Source: an uncultured Poribacteria bacterium
Lineage (GTDB): Bacteria > Poribacteria > WGA-4E > WGA-3G
Length of the DNA stretch: 64,000 nucleotides
Reading direction: 5' to 3'
Assembly (NCBI GenBank): GCA_951813565.1
Contig: OX638351.1
Location: 3,936,001 to 4,000,000 of the forward strand
Within the stretch, counting starts at the first letter, position 1, and the number at the start of each line of letters is the position of its first letter. The notes beneath the pieces were generated by a model. It ran no database searches. It was not told where the DNA came from and saw nothing but the letters and a program-made list of their open reading frames with translations. The position numbers and the translations under genes were made by a program. Of this stretch, positions 42,977 to 54,278 are shown piece after piece.

Positions 42977-44485
42977 TTGCAATCCAAATTCCAAGAACTT
43001 AAAACCCGTCTGATTGAGGTAAATGATATCCAATCCGCATCTGGTCTTCTGCACTGGGATCAGTCCACATATATGCCACCAGGCGGTGCTGCCGCTCGTG
43101 CCCGGCAAACCGCGACACTTAGCCGTTTAGCACACGAAAAGTTCACTGACCCTGCCATTGGTAAACTGCTTGACGCGCTAACATCTTATGGAGAGAGCCT
43201 CGGTTACGATTCTGACGAGGCAGGTTTGCTCCGTGTCACCAGAAGAAAATATGAACGTGCGATTAAAATCCCTGCAGAATTCATGGCAGAGGTCGCAACT
43301 CACACATCAGAATCGTATCAGGTTTGGACAGTAGCACGGCATGCGAATGATTTTGAGAGAGTGCGTCCTTATCTTGAAAAGACACTTGAATATAGTCGTC
43401 AATCCGCTAATTTCTTTCCCGGATATGATCACATTGCTGATCCACTGATTGAGCCGAGAGATTACGGTATGAAAGCATCAGATGTCAGTCTCGTCTTTGG
43501 TGAGCTGCGAAAAGAACTCGTGCCTATTGCTTCTGCTATAACGTCGCAAACGCCTGCAGACGATTCATGTCTGCATAAACATTATCCAGAAGATAAACAG
43601 TTGGAATTCGGTATGGAAGTTGCAAAAAAGTTTGGATACGACCTCAATCGTGGACGTCAAGATAAAACACACCATCCATTTATGACAAAGTTTTCATTGG
43701 GAGATGTCCGAATCACGACCCGCTCAAAAGAAGATAGTTTAGGTGAGGCGCTTTTCTGCACGATGCACGAAACCGGCCACGCACTTTATGAACAGGGTAT
43801 CTGCACTGAGTTTGAAGGCACACCGCTTGCCCGCGGCATTTCTGCTGGTGTTCACGAAAGCCAATCGCGTCTCTGGGAAAACATTGTTGGAAGAAGTAAA
43901 GGATTCTGGAAGTGTTTCTATCCGCAGCTGCAAAATTTCTTCCCTGAGCAGCTCGGTTCTGTTCCCGTAGATACATTTCATCGTGCAATAAATAAGGTTG
44001 AACGTTCCCTCATCCGCACAGAAGCAGACGAAGTTACCTATAATCTACACGTGATGTTGCGTTTCTATTTTGAGTTGGCACTGTTAGAAGGTGAAATGGA
44101 AATTAAAGACCTGCCTAACGCTTGGCGTGAACGATTTGAAGCAGATTTCGGCATTGTTCCGCCAGATGACAAAGACGGTGTTATGCAAGATGTCCACTGG
44201 TATTTTGGACTCATTGGTGGTTCATTCCAAGGATATACATTGGGCAATATCTTAGGCGCACAATTTTTCTCGTCTGCACTTGAAGCACACCCAGAAATAT
44301 CTATTGAAATTGAAATGGGTGAATTTAGCACGCTGCATAATTGGTTGAAAGACAACGTTTACCAGCACGGGTCAAAATACACAGCACCTGAAATTATTGA
44401 ACGGGCAACAGGTAAACCTATGACTATTGCACCTTATATTAACTATCTTCGGACGAAATATGGTGAATTGTATACACTAAACTAA
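42977..44485 (+). CDS. carboxypeptidase, family M32
   Basis: HPF, HETGHALYEQ, HESQS, IRTEAD, QDVHW; TTG start after AGGAG. Confidence 0.93.
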   Translation: MQSKFQELKTRLIEVNDIQSASGLLHWDQSTYMPPGGAAARARQTATLSRLAHEKFTDPAIGKLLDALTSYGESLGYDSDEAGLLRVTRRKYERAIKIPAEFMAEVATHTSESYQVWTVARHANDFERVRPYLEKTLEYSRQSANFFPGYDHIADPLIEPRDYGMKASDVSLVFGELRKELVPIASAITSQTPADDSCLHKHYPEDKQLEFGMEVAKKFGYDLNRGRQDKTHHPFMTKFSLGDVRITTRSKEDSLGEALFCTMHETGHALYEQGICTEFEGTPLARGISAGVHESQSRLWENIVGRSKGFWKCFYPQLQNFFPEQLGSVPVDTFHRAINKVERSLIRTEADEVTYNLHVMLRFYFELALLEGEMEIKDLPNAWRERFEADFGIVPPDDKDGVMQDVHWYFGLIGGSFQGYTLGNILGAQFFSSALEAHPEISIEIEMGEFSTLHNWLKDNVYQHGSKYTAPEIIERATGKPMTIAPYINYLRTKYGELYTLN

Positions 44486-44500
44486 AATGGGATAACCGCT

Positions 44501-45013
44501 ATGGTATTTCGGCAAATTCTGTTTTCCTCTTTCCTATGCTGCTTTCTTGTAGGATGTGGCGCAATAAAACTTGTTGATATTCCAAAAAGCAGTTCTGCGC
44601 TTCAACTAACTGCTGAGCAGAAGAAGACAATTCAACCAAAACTGAAGCTTATCCGTGATGTAGTTGATGATTACGATTTTGAGAAGAGGCAGTTGGAAGG
44701 TAATTTGCGGGAGTATCGCGCAATGGCAAGTGATAGGAGACTTTATCGATATGATGGCGGACTGAGCACAGCACAAAGGCAACGGAGGCTTACCCAGGTT
44801 CGCACAAAAGTACGGAAATTTCTTTCACAACGAAGTACATTTCTGAAAGAAATCGAAAAACTACTCCAAGAAATTAATGCCGAACTTACTGCTGAGCAGC
44901 GAGTTGCTTTCAATGCGCTTAAAATGCCTGAATTAGAGATACCACGCTCACTACGACGCGACCCACATGCTGATTTGCGCCGTATTCCGAGGCACCTGAT
45001 AGGGGTGCAATAA
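44501..45013 (+). CDS. hypothetical lipoprotein
   Basis: lipobox LVGC. Confidence 0.6.
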   Translation: MVFRQILFSSFLCCFLVGCGAIKLVDIPKSSSALQLTAEQKKTIQPKLKLIRDVVDDYDFEKRQLEGNLREYRAMASDRRLYRYDGGLSTAQRQRRLTQVRTKVRKFLSQRSTFLKEIEKLLQEINAELTAEQRVAFNALKMPELEIPRSLRRDPHADLRRIPRHLIGVQ

Positions 45014-45127
45014 AAAAGTCGTACAAAATCGTCACCTGCGCGCTACCCAACCGACTGGCATGCTCTTATCTATTTTTCATCTTCCTCATATTCAACAAGC
45101 GGTCAGGACAGAAGGAATAAGAAAATC

Positions 45128-45730
45128 ATGAAAAACACGTTGTGTTTAATTTTGATGAAACTGTTCATAACACTTACAATCACACCAAGCACCTTCGCTC
45201 AAGATTATATCCAATGGGGTTTACCCGAAGGTGTAAAAGTGCGGCTCGGTAAAGGTGGGATAAACGAAATAGCCTACTCTCCTGATGGCGCGAAGCTTGC
45301 GGTTGCCAGCGCAATCGGTATTTGGATTTACAGGACACAGACAGGTGAAGAACTTGACCTATACACGGGGCATACGGGTGAGGTGCTCGGCGTGTCGTTT
45401 AGCCCAGATGGAAAAATTATCGCAAGTGCAAGTTATGACAACACCATCCGTCTGTGGGATGCGGACACAGGCGAACATTTACGGACACTATCGGGGCATA
45501 CAGATTGGGTCAGTAGTGTCGCGTTTAGCCGAATGGAAACATAATCGCAAGTAGCAGTGATGACAACACCATCCGTCTGTGGAACGCACACGATGGCACA
45601 CATTTCCGCACACTATTGGGACATACGAGTTGGGTCTTTTGCGTAGCGTTTAGCCGGATGGAAAAACTATCGCATGTAGCAGCAGAGGCGGCACTGTGTT
45701 GTTGTGGGATCTCACGGTTGATAATGTGGA
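45128..45730 (+). pseudogene. WD40-repeat protein, frameshifted
   Basis: GHT...FSPDG...IRLWD repeats that switch frame at ~45530 and ~45655. Confidence 0.75.
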
Positions 45731-46209
45731 TTAGGTTGCGTACCTTTCGCCTTACCCGTTCCTGGAGTTTCTTCGTAGGTCGAGAAGAGCGAAACTGTAG
45801 GTTGGGCAGAAAGGAACAGAGAAGATCACTAAAAATACAGAAACATCCCACCAAAGCAATGTCCTACATCTCAGGATAGCAGGGGTGAAAGCCATAAGTT
45901 CAATTTAAGAACAAAATTGGTGGATGCTCCTTTGTTAGAGGGTTTTGTAAGCCCGATTTTCTTCTTGTAGGAGCGACCTCCCGGTCGCGACCGGGAGGTC
46001 GCTCCTACAGAATGTAAGAGGTGCAAAAAACCATACGTGAATTTGGCATTGATTTGGCAATGAATTGCGAGATTACAAACGCGTTTTTTCTTAAGTTAGC
46101 ACCTATGGGGTAGCAGCGGTGAAACCCAGAAAATTCCAAAAGAGGCGCAATGAATTGCGCGACTACAAGTGCTACAAATCCGAAATGACGTTTTGGATTA
46201 TAGATTTGA

Positions 46210-47175
46210 TTACGAGAGTACCCGTTCAAAAAAATGGTCTAAAAACGCATCTGCATCAACCTTTATACAGACACTTGCGTTCGGCACTGAATTATGACGG
46301 TCACGCCGCAGGTCAGCAACGGTCATGCCACTCGTCAAATTGCCTTCGGTTTCAACTTGCACATACGCTTCAACGCTCTCAAAAAAGCCTGGATGTGTCA
46401 ACATACCGATAGGTAACGCATCGTGGATATGCAACCCGTAGAAACCGACGTGTTCACGATAAAATTCCATGCAAGGTTGTGTCGATTCTTTAAGAAAACA
46501 GGAAATTTTATCGCTTCGCCCTTCAATTTCAGCATCAAGTCGTTCACCAGTTAACCTAACCTGATGGGTTACATCCAATGGTGCGATGTGAACAGGCATA
46601 CCGGAATTGAACACTTCATGTGCTGCGTGTGGATCAACAAAGACATTGAATTCTGCAGTTGTGGTAACATTGCCATATTCGCTAAATACACCACCCATCA
46701 AGACGATGCTCCGAAGCCTCTGCATACATTCTGCGTCTTTTTGGATTGCTCTTGAGATATTTGTTAAGGGACCCAAAGCAACAACAACCAATTCGTCAGG
46801 AAAACGATCTACCGTCTCAAGGATTAAGTCAACACCAGAGATCGTTGAAATTTCACAGTTTGCTAATGGATAACGCGGACTTCCATCAGGATTGCGCAGC
46901 TTGCTGATATTGCCTAATCCATCTTCACCGTGCACGTGTTCTGCCATTACAAGTGGTTTAACAAGCGGTTGGGCCTCACCTTTTGCGACAATAGGATATT
47001 CAGTCAATTCAAGTAAACTTAAAATCGTCAATAAGTTCTGCGTTGCTTGTTCAACGTGCACATTTCCACTAACGGTAGTTATTGCCTCTACCTGTAATTC
47101 CGGTGATTTCATGGCGAGGAGAATCGCAAGCGCGTCGTCTACACCAGGGTCTGTATCTATTAGTATTCGATGCAT
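46210..47175 (-). CDS. nucleoside hydrolase (IUNH family)
   Basis: DTDPGVDD, HGEDGLG, GPLTN, AEFN..DP, HD. Confidence 0.94.
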   Translation of the reverse strand: MHRILIDTDPGVDDALAILLAMKSPELQVEAITTVSGNVHVEQATQNLLTILSLLELTEYPIVAKGEAQPLVKPLVMAEHVHGEDGLGNISKLRNPDGSPRYPLANCEISTISGVDLILETVDRFPDELVVVALGPLTNISRAIQKDAECMQRLRSIVLMGGVFSEYGNVTTTAEFNVFVDPHAAHEVFNSGMPVHIAPLDVTHQVRLTGERLDAEIEGRSDKISCFLKESTQPCMEFYREHVGFYGLHIHDALPIGMLTHPGFFESVEAYVQVETEGNLTSGMTVADLRRDRHNSVPNASVCIKVDADAFLDHFFERVLS

Positions 47176-47370
47176 TGTTTAAATTCCGTCTTTTGATATG
47201 CTAAAAAGTCTTTACTATTTTACATCTAAAGAACATATTTGTCCAATTTCCAGTATTTTTTCGGTGTGTAAAATTTTTGGCATGAATACTCCTTCTCTCT
47301 TGTAGGAGGGGTTTTCAACTCCGATTAATCGGGCTTACAAAGCCCTCCTACAAAAGAAAGGGCAAAGTTA

Positions 47371-48165
47371 ATGACAAAATATTCACACACTCGTATTATT
47401 TTTCATGCTGTTTTCATATCTCTTTTTTTACCCGCCTGCATCCCTGTCGTAGCGCAAGTTAATGTATTCACTGGCGAAACGATGAAAAAGATGCAGATGA
47501 ATCCGGGATGGTATAACAGCATCAACCTTGATATAGCCTATCGCAGCGGGAATACTGAACTACTCACCTTGAGAACTCGCTTCCGTTCCGACTACCTGTC
47601 CAAAACATATCACGGTTTCATTTTCGGTAGTCTTCAACAAGGCAGAAAAAACGGTATATTTTTCACGAACAAAGGTATGGTCCACGGGCGTATTATCCGA
47701 AATTTTACAGATCATATCTTGATTGAATCCTTTGTACAGAAACAATATAATGAATCAATTCTGCTAAACGACCGTAGTTTATTAGGCGGTGGGGTCCGCT
47801 TCGCTGTACGTTCACCTCAATCACGATTTAACCTCTATTTAGGCACTGGAGCAATGTGGGAACACGAACGTATTAATGACAAAATAGAAGGAGAAGTTAC
47901 AACCCGAATTGTCCGTTCAACCAACTACATTAATTGGACAGTGCAGCTGGATGAACGTATTTCCACAAGCGCGACAGCATATTATCAGGTACATGTGAGG
48001 CATGTAGCAGATTATCGTATTTTGTTTGAGGGAAGCGTTTTGTTCCGCCTGACAACGAAATTGTCATTTCCATTTCGCGTGAATTTCCGCTATGATAACG
48101 AACCACCTGCTGGAATCCAAAAACATGATATGGAAATTTTTAACGGGTTAAGTTATACTTTCTAA
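47371..48165 (+). CDS. DUF481-like outer-membrane beta-barrel
   Basis: signal peptide, amphipathic strands, C-terminal GLSYTF. Confidence 0.7.
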   Translation: MTKYSHTRIIFHAVFISLFLPACIPVVAQVNVFTGETMKKMQMNPGWYNSINLDIAYRSGNTELLTLRTRFRSDYLSKTYHGFIFGSLQQGRKNGIFFTNKGMVHGRIIRNFTDHILIESFVQKQYNESILLNDRSLLGGGVRFAVRSPQSRFNLYLGTGAMWEHERINDKIEGEVTTRIVRSTNYINWTVQLDERISTSATAYYQVHVRHVADYRILFEGSVLFRLTTKLSFPFRVNFRYDNEPPAGIQKHDMEIFNGLSYTF

Positions 48166-48200
48166 AAGACACTGACTGAATACATTGGAGGAGTTTTCTC

Positions 48201-49160
48201 ATGAAATTTTTGTGTTATATAACTGCGGTAATTGTTTGCTTAGGTTTGTGCGTTTTGACTATATCTAACATCGCTTGGACAGATGGTCATCTTCAGATTA
48301 TGGAAAAAGAAAAGAAAATCGTTTTGAAGGGACAAATATCCAAGGCACTTGGTGAATACGATTCACATCTGAAAGGAGCAGTTGAGTATCTGTTTTGTGG
48401 ACCTAATGGTAAGAAATACGAAAGTATCATCGTTATTGATGCAACTGCGAAAGAAATTTACGAAGCGATGAATAAACTCGGTGTTAAGCCCGGAAATCCT
48501 GTTGACCAAGACATGGAAACAGAGGAGAAGATTCCTGCTAAGGGCCCTACTGTTATCATCAATGTTGAATGGACAAATGGTAAAGAAACAAAAAAAGTAC
48601 GCGGTGAAGACCTATTATATAATGTAAAAACTAAGAAACCTATGAAACATGTCGCTTGGATGTACACAGGTTCACGGATGGTGTATGATCTTGATGGCGA
48701 GGATGAAGACGCAATGATTCCGTTGGCATTTTCGAGCAACGACATTGCTGCCCTTAACCATGCTGATCCGAGCACGTTGTTTATTAACCCTTTACCTGAA
48801 TCAGAAGAAGAAAATTTGTACAAAAAGAATGACGACTTATTGCCAGAACTTGGTACCGCTGTCAAACTGACGATTGAGGTCAACCGAAAAATACAGCTAT
48901 ATGTGTTAATTAGCGGTAAGGTGCAAGGAGTTGGTTTCCGTAATTTCACCCAAAGGAACGCCAAACAAATCGGAATCAACGGCTATGCCAAGAATTTAGC
49001 CAATGGTAAGGTTGAGGTTGTCGCGGAAGGTGAAAAAGTGCTGTTAGACGCATTGGTGAAAAAACTATGGCAAGGTCCCCGCGCTTCAAAGGTTGACGAC
49101 ATCAAAATTGAGGAACGCGCCTTCACCGGTGAATATAAAACTTTTGGCATCCGGTATTGA
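48201..49160 (+). CDS. YdjY-like domain fused to acylphosphatase
   Basis: C-terminal ISGKVQGVGFR..GYAKNL.NGKVE..GP; N-terminal EY..C...GKKYES..LG.KPG. Confidence 0.75.
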   Translation: MKFLCYITAVIVCLGLCVLTISNIAWTDGHLQIMEKEKKIVLKGQISKALGEYDSHLKGAVEYLFCGPNGKKYESIIVIDATAKEIYEAMNKLGVKPGNPVDQDMETEEKIPAKGPTVIINVEWTNGKETKKVRGEDLLYNVKTKKPMKHVAWMYTGSRMVYDLDGEDEDAMIPLAFSSNDIAALNHADPSTLFINPLPESEEENLYKKNDDLLPELGTAVKLTIEVNRKIQLYVLISGKVQGVGFRNFTQRNAKQIGINGYAKNLANGKVEVVAEGEKVLLDALVKKLWQGPRASKVDDIKIEERAFTGEYKTFGIRY

Positions 49161-49163
49161 GTT

Positions 49164-49802
49164 ATGATGGAAACGCCTTTACCGTTTATTTCAGGAATAC
49201 TGCTTGCCGCGGGTCTATCTACAAGGATGAGACAACCGAAACAATTGCTTCCTTTTGGCAAAAGCACAATCGTTGAAACTGTGGTTGATAATATGCTTGA
49301 TGCTAAGTATAGTGAGGTCATCGTTGTTGTTGGACATTGTGCCGAGCAAATTCAAGATTTATTAGTGGAGCGTCCGGTTAAAATCGTTTTTAATCCTGAT
49401 TATCGTGAAGGTATGTTAACTTCAGCACAGGCGGGGATCCGGTCGATCGACTTTGAAAATGCAAGGAATAAATCTGATAGAGATGCATTCTCACTCATGT
49501 TGGTTGACCAACCTTTTATTATATCTGCCTTGATTGACAAGGTGATTGATGCCTACGCGCAAACCGATAGAGGCATTGTTTTGCCGAGCTATAATTATCA
49601 ACGTGGGCATCCTGTCATTTTTCATCATGGATATGCTGATGATATTTTAGCATTAGGTGCGGAGAGCGGTGGAGTCCGTTCCTTGTTTAAATCCCACAGC
49701 GAAGATATTTATTACGTCCCTGTTGACACCGATGATGTGCTGCGGGATATTGATTACCGAGAAGATTATGAACGTGCCATTAAAAAAATCAATAATTTAT
49801 AG
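49164..49802 (+). CDS. MocA-like molybdenum cofactor nucleotidyltransferase
   Basis: LAAGLSTRM, NPDY.EG, LVDQP, GHPV, DID. Confidence 0.85.
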   Translation: MMETPLPFISGILLAAGLSTRMRQPKQLLPFGKSTIVETVVDNMLDAKYSEVIVVVGHCAEQIQDLLVERPVKIVFNPDYREGMLTSAQAGIRSIDFENARNKSDRDAFSLMLVDQPFIISALIDKVIDAYAQTDRGIVLPSYNYQRGHPVIFHHGYADDILALGAESGGVRSLFKSHSEDIYYVPVDTDDVLRDIDYREDYERAIKKINNL

Positions 49803-49827
49803 GATATGTGGTTTCTAATTCTATATT

Positions 49828-50721
49828 ATGTTTGAATCAATTGAAAACGTTCAGGCTTTATGTGAAAAACAGGCTTACATCGCAGATAAGGGTTTAGCAA
49901 CAACGCTCTATCTTGCACATCACCTCAAAAAACCGATTTTTTTAGAAGGCGAACCGGGGGTTGGCAAGACCGAGGTTGCCAAAGTCCTTGCAGATGCCAC
50001 AAGAGCAAAATTAATTCGCTTGCAGTGTTATGAAGGCTTGGATGTGAATAGCGCACTGTATGAATGGAACTACACCCGACAGATTTTGCAACTCCGTATA
50101 GATGAAGCACAGGGACGCGACAAAAAAGAGATCGGAACGGATATATTTTCCGAAAAATTTTTGCTCAAACGACCCTTGCTTGAAGCGATCCAAGGCAACG
50201 GAGATGTTCCACCCGTCTTACTGATTGACGAAGTTGATCGGAGCGATAGCGAATTTGAGGCATTTCTACTTGAAATTTTGTCTGATTTCCAAATTACAAT
50301 ACCTGAAATTGGTACGATCCGTGCCAGACAGATCCCCTACGTTGTGTTAACCTCAAATCGAACACGGGAGGTGCATGAAGCACTCAAACGACGGTGCCTT
50401 TATCAATGGATAGATTATCCGACTGTAGAGAAGGAATTGGCGATTGTACAGACAAAACTGCCACAGATCAATGAACACCTTGCACAGCAGCTATGTCAGA
50501 TGATGCAACTGTGGCGGGAAGGTGACTTCTATAAAAAACCGGGAATTGCAGAAACATTGGATTGGGGTTTAGCGATTTTAGCGCTCGGTAAAACACAATT
50601 AGATCAAGATATTGTTGCTGAAACTCTCGGATGTGTTTTTAAATATCAAGATGACATTCAACGTGCCAGTGGTGTGGAGTTAAGCGAAATAGATAAACAA
50701 ACAAATGAACCGAAGCAATAA
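49828..50721 (+). CDS. MoxR/CoxD-type AAA+ ATPase
   Basis: GEPGVGKT, RLQCYEG, LLIDEVD, TSNRTRE..EALKRRC. Confidence 0.92.
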   Translation: MFESIENVQALCEKQAYIADKGLATTLYLAHHLKKPIFLEGEPGVGKTEVAKVLADATRAKLIRLQCYEGLDVNSALYEWNYTRQILQLRIDEAQGRDKKEIGTDIFSEKFLLKRPLLEAIQGNGDVPPVLLIDEVDRSDSEFEAFLLEILSDFQITIPEIGTIRARQIPYVVLTSNRTREVHEALKRRCLYQWIDYPTVEKELAIVQTKLPQINEHLAQQLCQMMQLWREGDFYKKPGIAETLDWGLAILALGKTQLDQDIVAETLGCVFKYQDDIQRASGVELSEIDKQTNEPKQ

Positions 50722-52426
50722 ACACCGACATGTTCAAAGAAAAATCTTCATCGGTATCGGATATCCACTTCTCGTTGCTGCTGCTTTCTGCACGATGGTG
50801 CCACTTTTATGGTTATTAAGTTCATCTTTCAAGACAGCCGATGAAGTCTTTTCAGTGCCAATTCGGTGGTTTCCCAAACTTCCACCGCGTATCACATCCT
50901 CACCCTATATCGTCACCGATGCCTATCCAAAAATTAAAAAACCTCCTTCAGTTGATCCTGAGACCTGGGAGACACTGCAACCTGAGTTAGAACAAGTAAT
51001 TTGGGTAAATGTGCAGGAACATATTGCGATAAATCCGCGGCTTGTGTCTTCTGTAATATCTGAGGATATGAAAATCGAGATGACAAAAGGCGTTTGGCAG
51101 CAGCATGTTGCAACACTACCGACTGAAGTGTGGAGTGGCACAACAGAATCTATTGTCAAGGCAGTAGAGAGTTCTATTATCCCTGAAACCATCGAAACGA
51201 TCTTGAATTCAGTCTACCGACAGGTTAACTTAGGCACTATTGAAATAGAAGATATAGAATTCAACCGAATGGAGGTTGAATCTGTAAAGTGGGATGCAGA
51301 TTCAGACACATTACAGCAGATTCACGAGTTTGCAATTCCAGAACCAATTGCCGCGCTATCCTACGACTTCCAAGACGAAAGCAATGTACAATTGACAACT
51401 ACGATTTCTTCTCCTGTTCCTGTAAACCAAATTCGTCGGATCATACTTCCTGTCCGTGGAGATGCATCTTATCATCAACTCTCTTTAGCCATCTCTGTAG
51501 ATGCTACCACCTATAAATCTACACAACCTTATGTCTTGGACACTGCTTTGTGGGAAAACAGTGTGTGGCGGTTGCATGGAATCCCTGGTGAGTTAGAATC
51601 ATCACACATCTCGATGCGGCAAATTGAGGCAAAGGCTGGATTGACAAATGATGAAACTGCTAAACCTGATATGGCATTAGAAACAGACGCTGAAAACAAG
51701 TTATTCCTACAATTAACAATTCACCGACCAGCATATCTTGCAATTGTATGGAATAAACTCACCTCTAACTATCGCAATTTATGGAAGGCAGTGCCGTATA
51801 ACCGGTATTTCATCAATAGTGTTTTTATCGCGACTGCGTCAACGCTACTCACACTGTTCTTCTGTTCACTCGGTGGGTATGCGTTTGCGAAATATCAGTT
51901 TCGCGGCAAGACAATCCTATTCGGTATCCTGCTTGCTTCCATGATGGTACCGTTTCAGGTACTGCTTGTGCCGTTGTTTGGATTGATGTATGACATCGGT
52001 TGGCTTAATAGCTACAAAGCAATTATAATCCCATTTTCTGTCGGAGCGTTTGGTGTGTTTCTAATGCGTCAATTTATTGTTACTATTCCATCAGAGCTGC
52101 TTGATGCTGCACGGATTGATGGCTGTTCAGAATTCGGAATATATTATAGAATAGTTTTGCCTATTATCAAACCTGCGCTTGGTGCGTTGACTATCTATTC
52201 TTTTTTGAGTTCGTGGAACGGGTATCTTTGGCCCCTCATCGTTTTGCGCGATGAGGCAAAATATACGTTACCTATCGGTTTAGCAAATCTGATTGGCATC
52301 TATCGGCAAGATTACGGCATGTTAATGGCAGGAACGCTGCTGTCGTTGTTGCCAATAGTCATTCTCTTTTTAGCCATGCAACGCGAATTTGTGCAAGGGA
52401 TTACCCTTGGAAGTGTTAAGGAGTAA
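50705..52426 (+). CDS. carbohydrate ABC transporter permease with large extracytoplasmic insertion
   Basis: C-terminal GYAFAK, ELLDAARIDG, WNGYLWPL; ~290-aa soluble insert after TM1. Confidence 0.88.
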   Translation: MNRSNKHRHVQRKIFIGIGYPLLVAAAFCTMVPLLWLLSSSFKTADEVFSVPIRWFPKLPPRITSSPYIVTDAYPKIKKPPSVDPETWETLQPELEQVIWVNVQEHIAINPRLVSSVISEDMKIEMTKGVWQQHVATLPTEVWSGTTESIVKAVESSIIPETIETILNSVYRQVNLGTIEIEDIEFNRMEVESVKWDADSDTLQQIHEFAIPEPIAALSYDFQDESNVQLTTTISSPVPVNQIRRIILPVRGDASYHQLSLAISVDATTYKSTQPYVLDTALWENSVWRLHGIPGELESSHISMRQIEAKAGLTNDETAKPDMALETDAENKLFLQLTIHRPAYLAIVWNKLTSNYRNLWKAVPYNRYFINSVFIATASTLLTLFFCSLGGYAFAKYQFRGKTILFGILLASMMVPFQVLLVPLFGLMYDIGWLNSYKAIIIPFSVGAFGVFLMRQFIVTIPSELLDAARIDGCSEFGIYYRIVLPIIKPALGALTIYSFLSSWNGYLWPLIVLRDEAKYTLPIGLANLIGIYRQDYGMLMAGTLLSLLPIVILFLAMQREFVQGITLGSVKE

Positions 52427-52431
52427 ACACT

Positions 52432-52764
52432 ATGTCTGAATGGACAACGGTTACGAAAACGTCAGCGATTAAAGAAGGACGCGGAAAATCTTTTACCGTC
52501 AATGGAAGACGGATCGCTATTTTGAATGAAAAAGGTAAGTTCTGTGCTGTGGACAATACCTGTCCACATGCGATGGGTTCACTTGGTCGTGGAAGGATAC
52601 GGAACGGGACTGTTGTGTGTCCGGTTCATGGATACGTCTACAATACAGAAACAGGTGAATGTCAGACTGATCCGCGTCTGCGGATTAGAACCTATCCCGT
52701 TATCGTAGAAGATGAGGAAATAAAAGTTCAAACACAATTGAAAAAGTCAGAATTTACGCAATAA
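52432..52764 (+). CDS. Rieske [2Fe-2S] ferredoxin
   Basis: CPH...CPVH. Confidence 0.88.
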   Translation: MSEWTTVTKTSAIKEGRGKSFTVNGRRIAILNEKGKFCAVDNTCPHAMGSLGRGRIRNGTVVCPVHGYVYNTETGECQTDPRLRIRTYPVIVEDEEIKVQTQLKKSEFTQ

Positions 52765-52990
52765 TACCATTTCTGATATATAATACCATTTCTATAAAAT
52801 AACATACCTCTTAAGAAATAGCTGGTTCGTAGTCGCGCAATTTATTGCCAAATCAACGCAGCATGCGCCAAATCAAGAAATCAACGCTACAAATGCCATT
52901 GAGGCATTTGGCGGGTATGAATGCCTTATGGCATTCCCCGTGTGGCATGCTGCGCCTCGGACATTCTAATTCGAAAGGGAATAAATTTTC

Positions 52991-53983
52991 CTAAGCGCGA
53001 ACCAGAAAAGGTTTATATGCCGCGTCTTCACCCGTTATCACACGTGCCAAATGCCTAACCTGAAGTTCAATGGAACGAAGGTAAGTCGTTTTTTCATTGC
53101 GGGTTGGGTGCTGAAATGTTTGTTGCATCCGTCCATAATACCCTGTAAGGAATCGGTCTAATGCTTTCTTCGTAAAGCGAATGCCTTTGTTGGTCCGCTC
53201 AAAATCTGCTGGTTTTATGCGGTTATTATTAACGAGTGTAAGGACATAACCATCCACAATAATTTGGCGGAATTCCTCCATCAGATCCGAGGCTAATGCG
53301 GCATGCCCATGCTTGGGTTGGTGAAAATAACCACAGTAGGGATCGAATCCAACGACATTGATAAATGTGTATACGTGATTATGTAGAAGTGTATAACCGA
53401 GTGAAAGCATGGCGTTAATTGGGTCTGGCGGTGGACGAAATTGGCGGGTTGTAAAGCCCCAATCGTGTGCCAGAAATTGCCGGAATGCGCGATAATGCGC
53501 AGCAGCACCAACGCCTTCGTATCCAAGAAGTGATTCCAAATTATCAGCTCGTTCAAGCTTCTCTAAGGTCTGGCGTGCTGAATGAATTGCCGAATTTACA
53601 TCTGCATTTTTGGTGCGCTGCCGTTGAGCGAACCGGATAGCGTTCATGAGTTTACCACGGACGAAACATTTCGCTAATGCAAGGCACCGCAGCGGATTCT
53701 CAGCAACAGCGTACTGCTGCTTGCGAATAAGAGTATCTTTGGCATAAGGTGGTTGTAATTTGCCTTTGTATTTGCCCTGTGTAGAAAGGAAAGAGACCGG
53801 GATATTTTTATGGAGCAAGTATCCCATCGTTTGCGTTGTGATATGTCCGTTGCCGAAAATGACAACTTCGTCAAGTTGAGCAATTGGGATTTCCTGTAGA
53901 ATTTCTCGATCTTTTTTTACGACGATCTGGTTTCCAGATTTATGGAGAACTGCTCCTTGTTGGGTGATGTAGAGAATTGCCAT
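52991..53983 (-). CDS. cas1: CRISPR-associated integrase Cas1
   Basis: MAILYITQQG start after AGGAGG; GYEG, RPPPDPINAMLSLGY, H...LASDLMEEFR. Confidence 0.96.
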   Translation of the reverse strand: MAILYITQQGAVLHKSGNQIVVKKDREILQEIPIAQLDEVVIFGNGHITTQTMGYLLHKNIPVSFLSTQGKYKGKLQPPYAKDTLIRKQQYAVAENPLRCLALAKCFVRGKLMNAIRFAQRQRTKNADVNSAIHSARQTLEKLERADNLESLLGYEGVGAAAHYRAFRQFLAHDWGFTTRQFRPPPDPINAMLSLGYTLLHNHVYTFINVVGFDPYCGYFHQPKHGHAALASDLMEEFRQIIVDGYVLTLVNNNRIKPADFERTNKGIRFTKKALDRFLTGYYGRMQQTFQHPTRNEKTTYLRSIELQVRHLARVITGEDAAYKPFLVRA

Positions 53984-54027
53984 CTTGTCCCTCCTATGTG
54001 AGTTTATGGTTTTGCCCAGTTTATTTA

Positions 54028-54274
54028 TAACGTGAGTTTGATAAATCCCGTAGGGAATCAACACCGAATGCGCCTACGGCATTCGGTAGGGTAGAACGGA
54101 AATGGGCAATAAAAAACAGCCTCTAAAGAGAGGTTGTTGACCCATTTGAGGTCTACATTTCTGAAAAAATAAGTGAAACCCAACTCTTTAGAACTCTCAA
54201 GACGGTTGAATTGTTGGGTTTCGCTTCGCTCTACCCAACGGACTATATTCAATTTAATTATCAAACTCACGTTA
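54028..54274. mobile_element. MITE family A (copy 2)
   Basis: close copy of 18731-18979 with TIRs. Confidence 0.8.
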
Positions 54275-54278
54275 ATTA

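Noticed and set aside
53984..54064. N-terminal extension of Cas1 or a broken RT-Cas1 fusion
   Set aside because: The extension comes partly from MITE sequence; cas1 has its own RBS and ATG at 53983 and the RT has its own stop.
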